From NCBI GenBank assembly GCA_965228015.1, contig OZ245787.1, positions 446,938-510,937 on the forward strand: a stretch of 64,000 nt of DNA, read 5' to 3'. The notes under the pieces were generated by a model, which did no database searches, had not been told where the DNA came from, and was given only the letters and a program-made list of their open reading frames with translations. Source of the DNA: Peptococcia bacterium (GTDB taxonomy: Bacteria; Bacillota; Peptococcia; Peptococcales; SKKY01). Below, piece after piece: positions 10,975 to 21,505 of this stretch (its first letter is position 1; each line of letters starts with the position of its first letter). A program made the translations under genes and the position numbers.

Positions 10975-11000
10975 CAAGAAAAACGACCCCGAAGGATCGT
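10975..11000 (-). terminator. intrinsic terminator after rny
   Basis: Minus strand ACGATCC-TTCG-GGGTCGT stem-loop followed by a T-rich run. Confidence 0.6.
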
Positions 11001-11008
11001 TTATAATC

Positions 11009-12538
11009 TTATTTAGCGTATTCAACTGCCCTTGTTTCCCTTATTACAACAACTTTAATTTGTCCAGGGTACTCAAGGTTCTTTTCAACTTCTTTTACGA
11101 TATTTCTTGAAAGAAGTACTGATTCATCATCTGATATTTTCTCTGGTTTAACAATAATACGAACTTCTCTGCCAGCTTGAATTGCAAAAGATTTTTCAAC
11201 TCCATCAAAGGAATTTGAAATTTCCTCAAGTTTTTCAAGACGCTTAAGATAAGTTTCAAGAGTTTCTCTTCTGGCACCAGGTCTTGCAGCAGAAATAGCA
11301 TCAGCTGATGCAACAAGCACAGCCTCAACACTCATAAAGTCTACATCACCATGGTGAGCTTCTATAGAGTTAACAACCAGTGGATTCTCATTATATTTTC
11401 TAGCGATATCTGCACCTATAGTAGCATGGGAGCCTTCAACCTCATGGTCGACAGCTTTGCCCAGATCATGTAAAAAACCTGCTCTTTTTGCAAGTGTTAC
11501 ATCAAGCCCCATTTGACCAGCCATAAGACCTGCCAAATGTGAAACTTCTACAGTATGTTTTAATACATTTTGTCCATAACTTGTACGATACTTAAGTCTG
11601 CCAATCAGCTTAATTATTTCAGGGTGTAGACCATGAACCCCAGTCTCGAAAGTAGCTTGTTCTCCAGCTTCTCTCATTGTCTGATGAACTTCTTTGGTAG
11701 CTTTTTCTACCATTTCTTCAATTCTTGCAGGGTGAATACGTCCATCCTGAATTAGTCTTTCTAAAGTAATACGGGCAATTTCTCTTCTTATTGGATCAAA
11801 ACCTGATAAAATAACTGCTTCAGGTGTATCATCAATAATCAATTCAATACCTGTTAAAGTTTCAAGAGTCCTGATGTTTCTTCCTTCACGACCAATAATA
11901 CGGCCTTTCATTTCATCATTAGGAAGATCTACAACTGAAACTGTACTTTCTGCAACATGGTCAGCAGCACATCTTTGAATTGCCATAGAAATAATTTCTC
12001 TGGCTTTTTTATCAGCTGTTTCTTTAGCCTGAGCCTCAGTTTCTTTAATCATTATTACTGTTTCATGTCTGATTTTGTCTTCAATCTTTGTTAATAAAAA
12101 ATTTCTGGCTTCATCAAAAGTTAAATTAGCCACTTTCTCTAATTCAAGTAACTGTTGTCCCTTAAGAGCTTCAGTTTCTTCTTTAATTACAAGAATAGCT
12201 TTTTCTTCCCTTTGAATATCTTCTTCTTTCTTTTCAAGAGATTCAATTTTTCTTTCAATTGATTCTTCTTTTTGAATTAAACGTTTTTCATTTTTTTGAA
12301 GTTCATTTCTTCTTTCTTTTACTTCACGTTCAATATCATTTCTCATGCGAAAAACTTCATCTTTTGCTTCCAAAATTGTTTCTTTTTTCTTGGATTCAGC
12401 ATCTTTTTCAGCAGCACTAACTATTCTTACCGCTTCTTGTTCAGCTGATTTTATTTTCGATTCAGCGATTGTTCTTCTAACGAAATAACCAATCCCAAGA
12501 GCAACAAGGAATACTATTGCATTTATCAAAATATCCAT
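11009..12538 (-). CDS. rny: ribonuclease Y
   Basis: Starts at ATG 12538. N-terminal TM helix [20 protein letters not shown], a long coiled-coil, a KH motif [12 protein letters not shown] and an HD motif GFLHDLGK. Confidence 0.92.
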   Translation of the reverse strand: MDILINAIVFLVALGIGYFVRRTIAESKIKSAEQEAVRIVSAAEKDAESKKKETILEAKDEVFRMRNDIEREVKERRNELQKNEKRLIQKEESIERKIESLEKKEEDIQREEKAILVIKEETEALKGQQLLELEKVANLTFDEARNFLLTKIEDKIRHETVIMIKETEAQAKETADKKAREIISMAIQRCAADHVAESTVSVVDLPNDEMKGRIIGREGRNIRTLETLTGIELIIDDTPEAVILSGFDPIRREIARITLERLIQDGRIHPARIEEMVEKATKEVHQTMREAGEQATFETGVHGLHPEIIKLIGRLKYRTSYGQNVLKHTVEVSHLAGLMAGQMGLDVTLAKRAGFLHDLGKAVDHEVEGSHATIGADIARKYNENPLVVNSIEAHHGDVDFMSVEAVLVASADAISAARPGARRETLETYLKRLEKLEEISNSFDGVEKSFAIQAGREVRIIVKPEKISDDESVLLSRNIVKEVEKNLEYPGQIKVVVIRETRAVEYAK

Positions 12539-12599
12539 AAAACCATTAATCACCTCTTTCCATTTACATTTTCTCTTTCCATATTTAATTAAATTTTTC

Positions 12600-12626
12600 A
12601 TAAAAAAAGTCGAGCATACTCGACTT
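12600..12626 (-). terminator. terminator-like hairpin upstream of rny
   Basis: Minus strand AAGTCGAG-TATG-CTCGACTT followed by T7. It lies 60-90 nt upstream of the rny ATG. Confidence 0.5.
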
Positions 12627-12770
12627 AAAGAAATTACAAAAATACCCACGGTTCTAATGATAAATTTTTATAAAATAATATTAAAATATTATATTTAATA
12701 GTCAAATTTTTAAAATTTATATATATAAAACTCGTAAAAGTTAGTAATTTCTAAAAAGTATACCTTCGTA

Positions 12771-12799
12771 ATTTTAATTCTTTATATATATATTGTCAA
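12771..12799 (-). promoter_or_regulatory. sigmaA-like promoter (TTGACA-17-TAAAAT) facing rny
   Basis: Minus strand TTGACA (12794-12799), a 17-nt spacer, then TAAAAT (12771-12776). Confidence 0.35.
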
Positions 12800-12963
12800 G
12801 AATGGTAGCCTTCTGGATCGTGTCAATTAATTATGGGTTTTAAAAGAATAAAAAAACCCCTTGTATGTATTACGTGCTAAATCGCACTCGCTATCCTTTT
12901 AAACAATTCTCTTTTCCAAGTTCTGTAATGGTCAAGCATCTTTGTAACACTAAGTACGGAAAA

Positions 12964-13821
12964 TCAGTTTATATTTCGTGCTTCAAATGGAGTCAGCCCT
13001 CCATTGTATGAATGAGGTCGAATGTGGTTGTACCACACATAAACATATTTATTGATAGCTTCATCTAATTGTAGGTCGGTTTCAAATTTTTGGTAGTAAA
13101 TAAGCTCTGACTTAAGTGATTTATAAAATCTCTCCATTGGAGCGTTATCATATGGGCAACCTGTTTTACTCATGCTTTGCCTTATTCCTTGGCTTTTGCA
13201 GTACTCTACGAAAGCCCATGAGGTGAACTGTACCCTCTGATCTGAATGTAAGACTAACCCTTCATCTGGGCTCTCTCTTTCAAGAGTTTTAGACAAGGCT
13301 TCTATTGCCAGATCTGAGTTGATTCATTTTGAGTTAACCGTTGCTATCGCTTCCCTTTTTGCTAAATCTATAATAGTACAATTATAACGCATTTTACCGT
13401 TTGTTAATCTTATATAGGTGAAATCAGTACACCATACTTTATTTCTTTCTGTGACAGAGAAATTTTGATTAAGAATATTGGGAAATACTTTGTTCTTTTT
13501 ACCTTTTACATATTTGGGCCTTTTTCTTACAGTGATTGCATGCAGGTTTAATTCCTTGTTCATATACTTATGTGCTGTTGTCTTACCAATAAATATATTT
13601 TGCCTTGCAAGAAAAGCGACCATCCACCTATGGCCGATAATGCGTCCATTATTGTAATAAATACTTTTTATGTTTTCTTGAACTTTAGCCTTTCCCTCAC
13701 GATACGTGGATTTTCTGTTCTTTAAGTAATTGTAGTACACATTCGGAGAGAGGTTGAACTTGCGGCACAACCAGCGCAATCCAAACTCAAGTTTATAGGC
13801 ATCAATGAACCGATATACCAC
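12964..13821 (-). pseudogene. IS3-family OrfB (DDE integrase core) with in-frame TGA
   Basis: Identical architecture to the uninterrupted copy-3 OrfB, but the Trp codon (TGG) is TGA at 13324-13326. The segments either side are in the same frame. Confidence 0.85.
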
Positions 13822-14104
13822 TAATCGATTTCCTTTGCGAAGAATGCTGCTGCTTTTTTAGGAAGTCATTTTCCTTTTGAAGTTCCATAAGCTTCTTGTT
13901 AAGCGCTCTATATTTCTCTGGTGATATTGCATTTTCTTTATTTTGTGGTTTTGTGTAATGACATTCTTCGCTGTATTTTTTTATCCATCCGGACATTGTT
14001 GATTTTGATACACCGTAGGTTGCAAAAAGATCACCAAGGCTTTTGCTTTTTAGATATTCATGTACAACCTCCTTCTTGAATTCTAAATCGTAACGTTTGC
14101 TCAT
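13802..14104 (-). CDS. IS3-family OrfA (HTH)
   Basis: MSKRYDLEFKKEVVHEYL..GVSKSTMSGWIKKYSEE..LQKENDFLKK. The slippery CTA AAA AAG lies near the 3' end. Confidence 0.8.
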   Translation of the reverse strand: MSKRYDLEFKKEVVHEYLKSKSLGDLFATYGVSKSTMSGWIKKYSEECHYTKPQNKENAISPEKYRALNKKLMELQKENDFLKKQQHSSQRKSISGISVH

Positions 14105-14177
14105 TTTGTAATCCTCCTAGTTCGGGTTTATTATATATTATCCGTACTAGGTGTTACAACAAGACTATACCATTACA

Positions 14178-14439
14178 CTTCACCAAATATCGTCGCCAAA
14201 CTTTTCTTCGACTTTGTTTCCTTTATTTTCCAGCCTCTTTTTCTTACACAATCTTTTTTAACTAAAATATCTACAGTTTCAAGTGCTTTTTCCGTAATTG
14301 CAACCCCAACTTCATCCAGCATTTTTTTGGTTTTTAAAATGAATTCAGATATATTATTTCCCTCAATTAAAGTTGTTTCCATATTTTCTGCTATTTCTTT
14401 ACTGATTTTAGTTGCAATTTCATGTATAATATTATTCAT
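14178..14439 (-). pseudogene. ISLre2/UPF0236-type transposase, N-terminal 87 codons only, truncated by IS3 copy 1
   Basis: MNNIIHEIATKIS..LDEVGVAITEKALETVDILV..RKRGWKIKETKSKKSLATIFGE ends exactly at the IS end (14177). The rest of the gene is absent on the other side of the IS. Confidence 0.55.
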
Positions 14440-14536
14440 TAGAGTTTCTCCTTTTTTGCGATTTGGTTTAGCGATTTAATTGTAACATAAGGAGTTGCTC
14501 TAATATTTTTTGTTTTTTACCCATAATTATTTTACA

Positions 14537-15013
14537 CTAACAGCCTTCTGATTCTTTATGAAGCTTAAGGATAACACTTCTGACCAAACTTCCGGGGAAA
14601 CCTTTTCTTAGAATAAAATTACAAATAGATGATAGCTCTTTATCTGAAAGTTTTTCTTTGTTGGGGGTTTTTTTAAGATATATCTGTATTATTTTCTCTC
14701 TTTCTTTTTCAATACTAAAAAATGAATTGATTTTTTCTTCAATTAAATCTTTAGGTATACCTTTTTTTAATAAATCATTTTTTATTTTGTACCTTCCCTG
14801 GTTTGAGAAATTATATTTATCTCTAATCCAATATTCGGCAAATTCTGAATCATTAATATATTTATATTCTTTTAATTTCTCTGTTGTATATGAAATATCT
14901 GCTTCGGATATTTTTTTCCGAAGCAGATAATCTTTTATTTCTTTTTCAGTACGTATTTTATAGCCAAGATATTTTAAGGCTATACTCATCGCTCTATCTT
15001 TATTTTTATTCAT
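14537..15013 (-). CDS. recX: RecA regulator RecX
   Basis: 158-aa helical-repeat protein 8 nt downstream of recA (AMSIALKYLGYKIRTEKEIKDYL). Confidence 0.8.
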   Translation of the reverse strand: MNKNKDRAMSIALKYLGYKIRTEKEIKDYLLRKKISEADISYTTEKLKEYKYINDSEFAEYWIRDKYNFSNQGRYKIKNDLLKKGIPKDLIEEKINSFFSIEKEREKIIQIYLKKTPNKEKLSDKELSSICNFILRKGFPGSLVRSVILKLHKESEGC

Positions 15014-15021
15014 AATTTAAA

Positions 15022-16044
15022 TTATTCCGGTTTCTTTTCAGTTTCTTCTTTCTTTTCAGTTTCTTTTATTTCTCTCATAATAAGGTTTTCTACTTCATCC
15101 ATTAGTTCCGGATGTTCAGTAAGATATCCTTTTGCGTTTTCTCTTCCCTGACCAATTTTTTCATCGTTATATGAATACCAGGCTCCGCTTTTTTTAATAA
15201 TTCCCATTGTTGCAGCAAGGTCAACAATACTTCCTTCTCTGGAAATACCTTTTCCGTACATAATATCAAATTCTGCTTGTTTAAACGGAGGGGCAACCTT
15301 ATTCTTTACAACTTTGACACGAGTACGGTTACCAATCATTTCATCCCCTTGTTTAAGGATTTCGATCTTTCTAACATCAAGTCGTACGCTGGAATAAAAC
15401 TTTAAAGCTCTTCCTCCTGGAGTAGTTTCAGGACTTCCAAACATTATTCCTACTTTTTCCCTAAGTTGATTTATAAAAATTGCAGTAGTTTTAGATTTAC
15501 TAATCGCTGCAGTAAGTTTTCTTAGCGCCTGACTCATAAGCCTTGCCTGAAGACCAACGTGACTGTCTCCCATTTCTCCTTCAATTTCCGCCCTAGGGAC
15601 TAAAGCAGCAACAGAGTCAACAACAACAATATCCACCGCTCCACTTCTTACCAGAGCCTCTGTTATCTCAAGTGCCTGTTCTCCTGTGTCTGGCTGGGAA
15701 ACAAGCAAATTATCTATATCAACTCCAAGATTTCTGGCATAGAGTGGATCAAGGGCATGCTCAGCATCTACAAAAGCTGCTATTCCTCCTTTTTTTTGGG
15801 CTTCTGCTATTGCATGTAAAGCAACTGTTGTTTTACCAGAAGACTCAGGACCATAAATTTCAACAACTCTTCCTCTTGGGAAACCTCCGACACCAAGGGC
15901 AACATCCAAAGCTATTGAACCTGTTGGTATAATTTCTGTTTCCATTGTTGCTGTTTTTTCACCAAGTTTCATTATTGACCCTTTGCCAAAATTTTTCTCA
16001 ATCTGGCTAAGAGCGAATTCCAATGCTTTTGTTTTATCTGACAT
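15022..16044 (-). CDS. recA: recombinase RecA
   Basis: [16 protein letters not shown] Walker [10 protein letters not shown] and [12 protein letters not shown]. 340 aa, intact. Confidence 0.97.
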   Translation of the reverse strand: MSDKTKALEFALSQIEKNFGKGSIMKLGEKTATMETEIIPTGSIALDVALGVGGFPRGRVVEIYGPESSGKTTVALHAIAEAQKKGGIAAFVDAEHALDPLYARNLGVDIDNLLVSQPDTGEQALEITEALVRSGAVDIVVVDSVAALVPRAEIEGEMGDSHVGLQARLMSQALRKLTAAISKSKTTAIFINQLREKVGIMFGSPETTPGGRALKFYSSVRLDVRKIEILKQGDEMIGNRTRVKVVKNKVAPPFKQAEFDIMYGKGISREGSIVDLAATMGIIKKSGAWYSYNDEKIGQGRENAKGYLTEHPELMDEVENLIMREIKETEKKEETEKKPE

Positions 16045-16129
16045 ATACCTCTCTCCTTTTATTAAAATTACCCTATACTTAGTAATTAATTTAACTATTC
16101 CTTAAATACTTTTATTATTTATTAATACA

Positions 16130-16141
16130 GAAAGTATGTTC
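16130..16141 (-). promoter_or_regulatory. candidate LexA (Cheo-type) box upstream of recA
   Basis: Minus strand cGAACATACTTTCt. This matches GAAC-N4-GTTC with one mismatch, about 90 nt upstream of the recA ATG. Confidence 0.45.
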
Positions 16142-16145
16142 GTAT

Positions 16146-16727
16146 TTATTCTATCATTGATTTTTGCCAAAAGCAAACTTTTATTTCCAGATAATCAATT
16201 AAAAAATAGAAAAAATAACCTAGGAATCCCATTAAAATTATTCCATTGTACATTTCGAAATAAATTCTTAATTCCATAGCATTTAATATAAGATAGCCTA
16301 AACCTCTGTCAGCAATAAAATTTTCCGTAATAAAAAGAACCGCAATTGCCATTCCCGTAGAGACTCTTATGCTTGAAAAAGCACCCGGAGCAGCAAAAGG
16401 GATGTATAATTTATAATAATCAAAGGGGCTTGCTCCCAAAGTTTTAAACAACTCAATATATTCATAATTAATATTTTTCACACTATCCCTTACACTGACA
16501 ATTATTTGAAAAACCAGAATAAATACAATTAATACAATTCTGGTAACCTCACTTATACCAAAAAAACAAAAAACAAAGGTAAAAATACAATTTTAGGTAA
16601 AGGATAGAAAAAATATAATATTGGAGACATTATATTATCCACAATTTTATTAATGCCGGTAATTATTCCAATAGGAAAGCCAACAATGAAAGATAAAAAC
16701 AAAGAAATTACAATTCTTTTAAAACTT
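16146..16727 (-). pseudogene. ABC transporter permease (NitT/TauT-like), 3' part, separated from its 5' part by IS3 copy 2
   Basis: Removing the IS and one CTT copy joins DFIVS|FKRIVISLFLSFIVGFPIGIITG in frame. A further frameshift occurs at the T-run near 16555-16567 before VKNINYEYIELFKTLGASP. Confidence 0.7.
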
Positions 16728-17981
16728 TGTAATGGTCAAGCATCTTTGTAACACTAAGTACGGAAAATCAGTTTATATTTCGTGCTTCAAATGGAGTCAG
16801 CCCTCCATTGTATGAATGAGGTCGAATGTGGTTGTACCACACATAAACATATTTATTGATAGTTTCATCTAATTGTAGGTCGGTTTCAAATTTTTGGTGG
16901 TAAATAAGCTCTGACTTAAGTGATTTATAAAATCTCTCCATTGGAGCGTTATCATATGGGCGATCTGTTTTACTCATGCTTTGCCTTATTCCTTGGCTTT
17001 TGCAGTACTCTACGAAAGCCCATGAGGTGAACTGTACCCCCTGATCTGAATGTAAGACTAACCCTTCATCTGGGCTCTCTCTTTCAAGAGCTTTAGACAA
17101 GGCTTCTATTGCCAGATCTGAGTTGATTCATTTTGAGTTAACCGTTGCTATTGCTTCTCTTTTTGCTAAATCTATAATAGTACAATTATAACGCATTTTA
17201 CCGTTTGTTAATCTTATATAGGTGAAATCAGTACACCATACTTTATTTCTTTCTGTGACAGAGAAATTTTGATTAAGAATATTGGGAAATACTTTGTTCT
17301 TTTCACCTTTTACATATTTGGGCCTTTTTCTTACAGTGATTGCATGCAGGTTTAATTCCTTGTTCATATACTTACGCGCTGTTGTCTTACTAATAAATAT
17401 ATTTTGCCTTGCAAGAAAAGTGACTATCCACCTATGGCCAATAATGCGTCCATTATTGTAATAAATACTTTTTATGTTTTCTTGAACTTTAGCCTTTCCC
17501 TCACGATACGTGGATTTTCTGTTCTTTAAGTAATTGTAGTACATATTCGGAGAGAGGTTGAACTTGCGGCATAACCAGCGCAATCCAAACTCAAGTTTAT
17601 AGGCATCAATGAACTGATATACCACTAATCGATTTCCTTTGCGAAGAATGCCGCTGCTTTTTTTAGGAAGTCATTTTCCTTTTGAAGTTCCATAAGCTTC
17701 TTGTTAAGCGCTCTATATTCCTCTGGTGATATTGCATTTTCTTTATTTTGTGGTTTTGTGTAATGACATTCTTCGCTGTATTTTTTATCCATCCGGACAT
17801 TGTTGATTTTGATACACCGTAGGTTGCAAAAAGATCACCAAGGCTTTTGCCTTTTAGATATTCACGTACAACCTCCTTCTTGAATTCTAAATCGTAACGT
17901 TTGCTCATTTTGTAATCCTCCTAGTTCGAGTTTATTATATATTATCCGTACTAGGTGTTACAACAAGACTATACCATTACA
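16728..17981 (-). mobile_element. IS3-family insertion sequence, copy 2 (1254 bp)
   Basis: Same IRs as copy 1, with a 3-bp direct repeat CTT at 16725-16727 and 17982-17984. orfA is frameshifted (T6 instead of T7 at about 17772-17777). The slippery run is A7 instead of A6. orfB carries the same TGA (17128-17130) as copy 1. Confidence 0.92.
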
Positions 17982-18157
17982 CTTACAATAAAATCAAAAT
18001 ACAAATCTTTTTCAATAAAATTTTCTGTTAGATAAATTAATGTTCCAAAAGGGTCGGGAAGAAAAGATTTATTTATTATTTGAGAAATCAGGAACCATAA
18101 AGAAAATACAAAGAAAAAACCTGTAAAAAATCTTATAGTTTCTTTTTTATAACTCAT
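17982..18157 (-). pseudogene. ABC transporter permease, 5' part
   Basis: MSYKKETIRFFTGFFFVFSLWFLISQIINKSFLPDPFG.. runs into the IS end. Confidence 0.65.
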
Positions 18158-18216
18158 TTGCTTTCACCAATAAATTCCTTAGTAATAAGCTCATCAATTG
18201 TATATTTTTTTTGATA

Positions 18217-18997
18217 CTATTTTTTATCTATCATCCATTCATTTACTTCAGTTATTATATTTTCCTCAGGCAAAAACAATTCTTCAATGGCATAAAACTT
18301 ATATTCAGATAATAAACTTTCATTAATTCCAGCCTTTTCTGAAGTAAGACTAAAATACTTTTCCGGATTTTCATTTAAAAGCTGCCCTGCAGTTAAAATA
18401 TCTTCAAAAAAATCAACCATCTTCATTCTGTTATTATTTATGTAATCTGTCCTGAATAAAAAACTGTTTGTGAAAAATTAGTACCAAGTTTAGCATCATC
18501 AATAATAGTTCTCATCCTTCTTATTCTGCATATGTAACAAGTGGTTCCGGAAGCAGAGCGGTTTCCAGGGAATTACTAATTAGTGATTCAAATCTTAATT
18601 TAATATCCGGTGCAGATTTTAAATTTACATTAATTATATTATTTTCCAATAACACCTTATCCGTTAAAAAAGATGCTATAGAATTATAAGAAATACCTAT
18701 TTCAGAGTTAGTTAGATCATTTATTGAAAAAATATTGTTTTCCGGAGCTGCTACTATAGCAAATTTTCTTTTTGGAGATGGATTTGGGGATACGGAGGCA
18801 ACTATTTTTACATCCTCTTCTCCTCCCTTTATCAAAAGAGTTCTTACTAAATCTGTTAATATTCCATCGATAACCCCAGCTTCAAGGGCAAGATCCATTT
18901 CTCTGGTATTACTAAAAATAACTATTTCCGCTTCATTTTCAAAAAAGCCAAGACTTTCTGCTGTATAAACAGGAAGAGCATCTTCAACTCTCAACAC
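18217..18997 (-). pseudogene. ABC substrate-binding protein (NMT1/SsuA-like), frameshifted and lacking a signal peptide
   Basis: ORFs 18521-18997 and 18217-18426 are in different frames. No lipoprotein or signal sequence is present, and only 43 nt separate it from the upstream gene. Confidence 0.5.
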
Positions 18998-19040
18998 ACC
19001 AAATTGTTGTAAACAAATGATATTTACAACACGGCCACTT

Positions 19041-21446
19041 TTATTTAGTTTTTATTGTGAGAGATTTTGTAAAATTATTCCATTCAATTTCTCCGCCAAA
19101 AGCATCTGAAACATATCTGGTTGGAAGACAAACTCTTCCATTAACATTTTCTGTCTGAACATCCATATATAGGGTTACTCCATTTTGTTTATAATAATCC
19201 TTCCCAACCATAAACTCTACAGTATCACTTCCCTTAATAAGAGTAGCGGTATTAGTAATAGAATCCCATTTAATATTTCCATCTGTAACACCTAAAGCTT
19301 TAGCAATAACCCGAATCGGGAAGAAGCTTCTGTCACTCTTAATATATGGTGTTGCATCGGAAGTTTCTGTTTTGCCGTCAAGTATATAATAATTACTTCC
19401 TATTGTTAGAACAGCTTCTCTGGTAAGTTTTGGTTCAGTAATAGTAACTTTTATTGATGCAGGAGAAAGGTTGTCATAATCTCTGCTATTTGAAATACTA
19501 ATATTAATATATGCAATTCCAGTTTTATTACCTCGAATTTGCTTATCTGAATAAGCTGTTAGATAAGAGCTGTATTCACTTGGCACATAAACTTCAAAAC
19601 TTGAAGAAATGTTATCTAATAAAACATTCTTTGCAGAATAAATTTCAGCCTTCGTAATATATTTTAATAAATCAATTCTTTCATTTACCGCTAAAGTTAT
19701 TTCTGAAGATACTACTTTAACATAATCATTTTCTTTTAAAGTAAAGTCTTTTTCTATATCATAACTAGTTATACTTATTGCATCTGTTTTTGTTCCATAA
19801 CCGTTTTTTGAAATAGTAATTGTATAGGTACCTCTTTCAAAACCAGTTATTGTATAGTCGCCGCTACTAGCCGCTACTATTTGTAGTAGTTTCCTTGGTA
19901 ACACCCGATGCAGTTACTTTTACATCCACATTACTTAAATCAGAACCGTTGTTATCTTCAATAGTCCCAGTTAACCTGTATCCTGTTCCTATACGATTAA
20001 CATTAATATCCCCTACTTCGGTTTTTGAACCAGTAATTTTCAGGTCTGTCTCTAATAATTTTTTTCATTATTAATTCTTGCGTATAAATCATATTTTCCT
20101 TCTCTTACATCAGAAAAAGTGAAATATCCATAGTAATTGGTTGTTGCTGTATATGAGTCTAATGAATTTTGAAGATATACCGTAATACCATTCAGGCCAC
20201 TCTGACTGTCTCCAACAAGACCTCCTACTACAGAACTTGACCCTTGAGTTACTTCCATTTGAACCTGAGATACCGAATAGTATGAACCATTAATTCTTAC
20301 TTTATCGGTTAGTTTTTCTGTTTTATAACCCAGCTTTTTGAATTCAATTGAATATCTGCCATTTTGAACATAATCAAATTCATAATAACCCCGGGAATCA
20401 GAAGTTGTTTTCTTTACCCTTGTGTTTCCGTCTAAAAGATATATTTCGACACCCTCAAGATACTCCCTGTCTTCATCAAGAACTCTCCCGTAAACTTCAT
20501 ATCCAGTACGGCTTTCAATTCTTATTACAAGATTAATTTCTTTTTCTCTGTCTGAGGACAGGATTCTGGCATAATTTATTCTTTCCAGAAGTTCATAACC
20601 AGTTGCACCTACTCCTATTGTGTAGGTTCCTGTTTCAATGTCATTAAATGTATAATAACCTCTTGAGTCCGTTATTGTTTTTGTTTCCTCTTTATTTTCA
20701 TTAATAATATAAACTTCAGCATTTTGAACATAATATCCATTTTCATTAGTAATTCTGCCAGTTAAAGTTTTATCTGATGTGCTTGATGAAGACCCTGTAG
20801 TACTATCTAATTCAATAGTATCCATATCATAATCACCAGTTCTCAGCCTTAAAAGACTAGATCTTTCATAATCTTTGTAACCGTATTTTGTAACTGTAAC
20901 CTCATAATCTCCTAAAGGAAGATTAATTACATCAAAATTACCCCTTGAATTTGAATACCCAACATAGGTTATACCTTCATAATTATCTACAAGAAGTATT
21001 CTTGCGTCGCTAATATAGAAATTATCATCGTCATCTACAATTGTGCCATAAACTCTGTAATTCCCAGTACTTGAAGAGCTTCCAGAATCAAGGTAATTTG
21101 TTCCTAAATTAATATTGCTGGAATAACTTGAAATTGTAATTGATTTTTTATGTATCCGGTTCTGAATATTTCCGCCCTTTTAATTGTATTTGAGGCATAA
21201 ACAGTGGTGTCAATTCTGCTGTTATTGTCTGTATAAGTACTGATAAAAGGAATACTATTATTCTCATAGAATAAATCTACTTTAGCATTATATACAGGAT
21301 TCCCTGTATCATCATCCCTTACATAACCATAAATATCAACCCGGGAATCTCCAAAGGCTGAAAAAGGAATAATTGAAAAAAACAAACATTAATAATATAA
21401 GTAAACTAGTCTTTTTTCTGGTTTTACTAAATGATAAAGAAAACAA
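19041..21446 (-). pseudogene. large secreted surface protein: CarboxypepD_reg-like repeats plus a C-terminal copper-amine-oxidase-N-like domain, at least 4 disruptions
   Basis: TTG 21446 sits behind AGGAGG with a signal peptide (KTRKKTSLLILLMFVFF). Repeats of the GxVxD..G..v..A.V pattern include TDSRGYYTFNDIETGTYTI. The C-terminus reads SFFPIRVIAKALG..IKWD. Frame breaks occur at 21376-21382 (T7), about 21146-21151, 20057-20063 and the 10-bp duplication at 19860-19879. Confidence 0.65.
19860..19879. repeat. 10-bp tandem duplication GCCGCTACTA x2
   Basis: Read directly from the sequence. Removing one unit restores ..TKETTTNSSGDYTITGFERGTYTI.. in the surface-protein gene. Confidence 0.9.
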
Positions 21447-21505
21447 ACTATTTTCCTCCTTATTTCCATAATATTTTTATTCATTATATCAATAAAATGT
21501 AAATA

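Larger units (their letters stand above)
12924..14177 (-). mobile_element. IS3-family insertion sequence, copy 1 (1254 bp)
   Basis: About 37-bp imperfect terminal inverted repeats TGTAATGGTcaAGcaTcTTGTAACACtaAGTACGGA / TCCGTACTagGTGTTACAAcaAGacTAtACCATTACA. It has orfA plus orfB with an A AAA AAG slippery site, and is near-identical to the copies at 16728 and 53824. Flanks are TTC (left) and CTT (right), so there is no matching duplication. Confidence 0.92.

Noticed and set aside
12539-12649. N-terminal extension of the rny ORF in the six-frame track ([37 protein letters not shown]..).
   Set aside because: It starts at a GTG without an RBS and reads straight through the terminator hairpin. 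RNase Y proteins begin with the TM helix found at ATG 12538.
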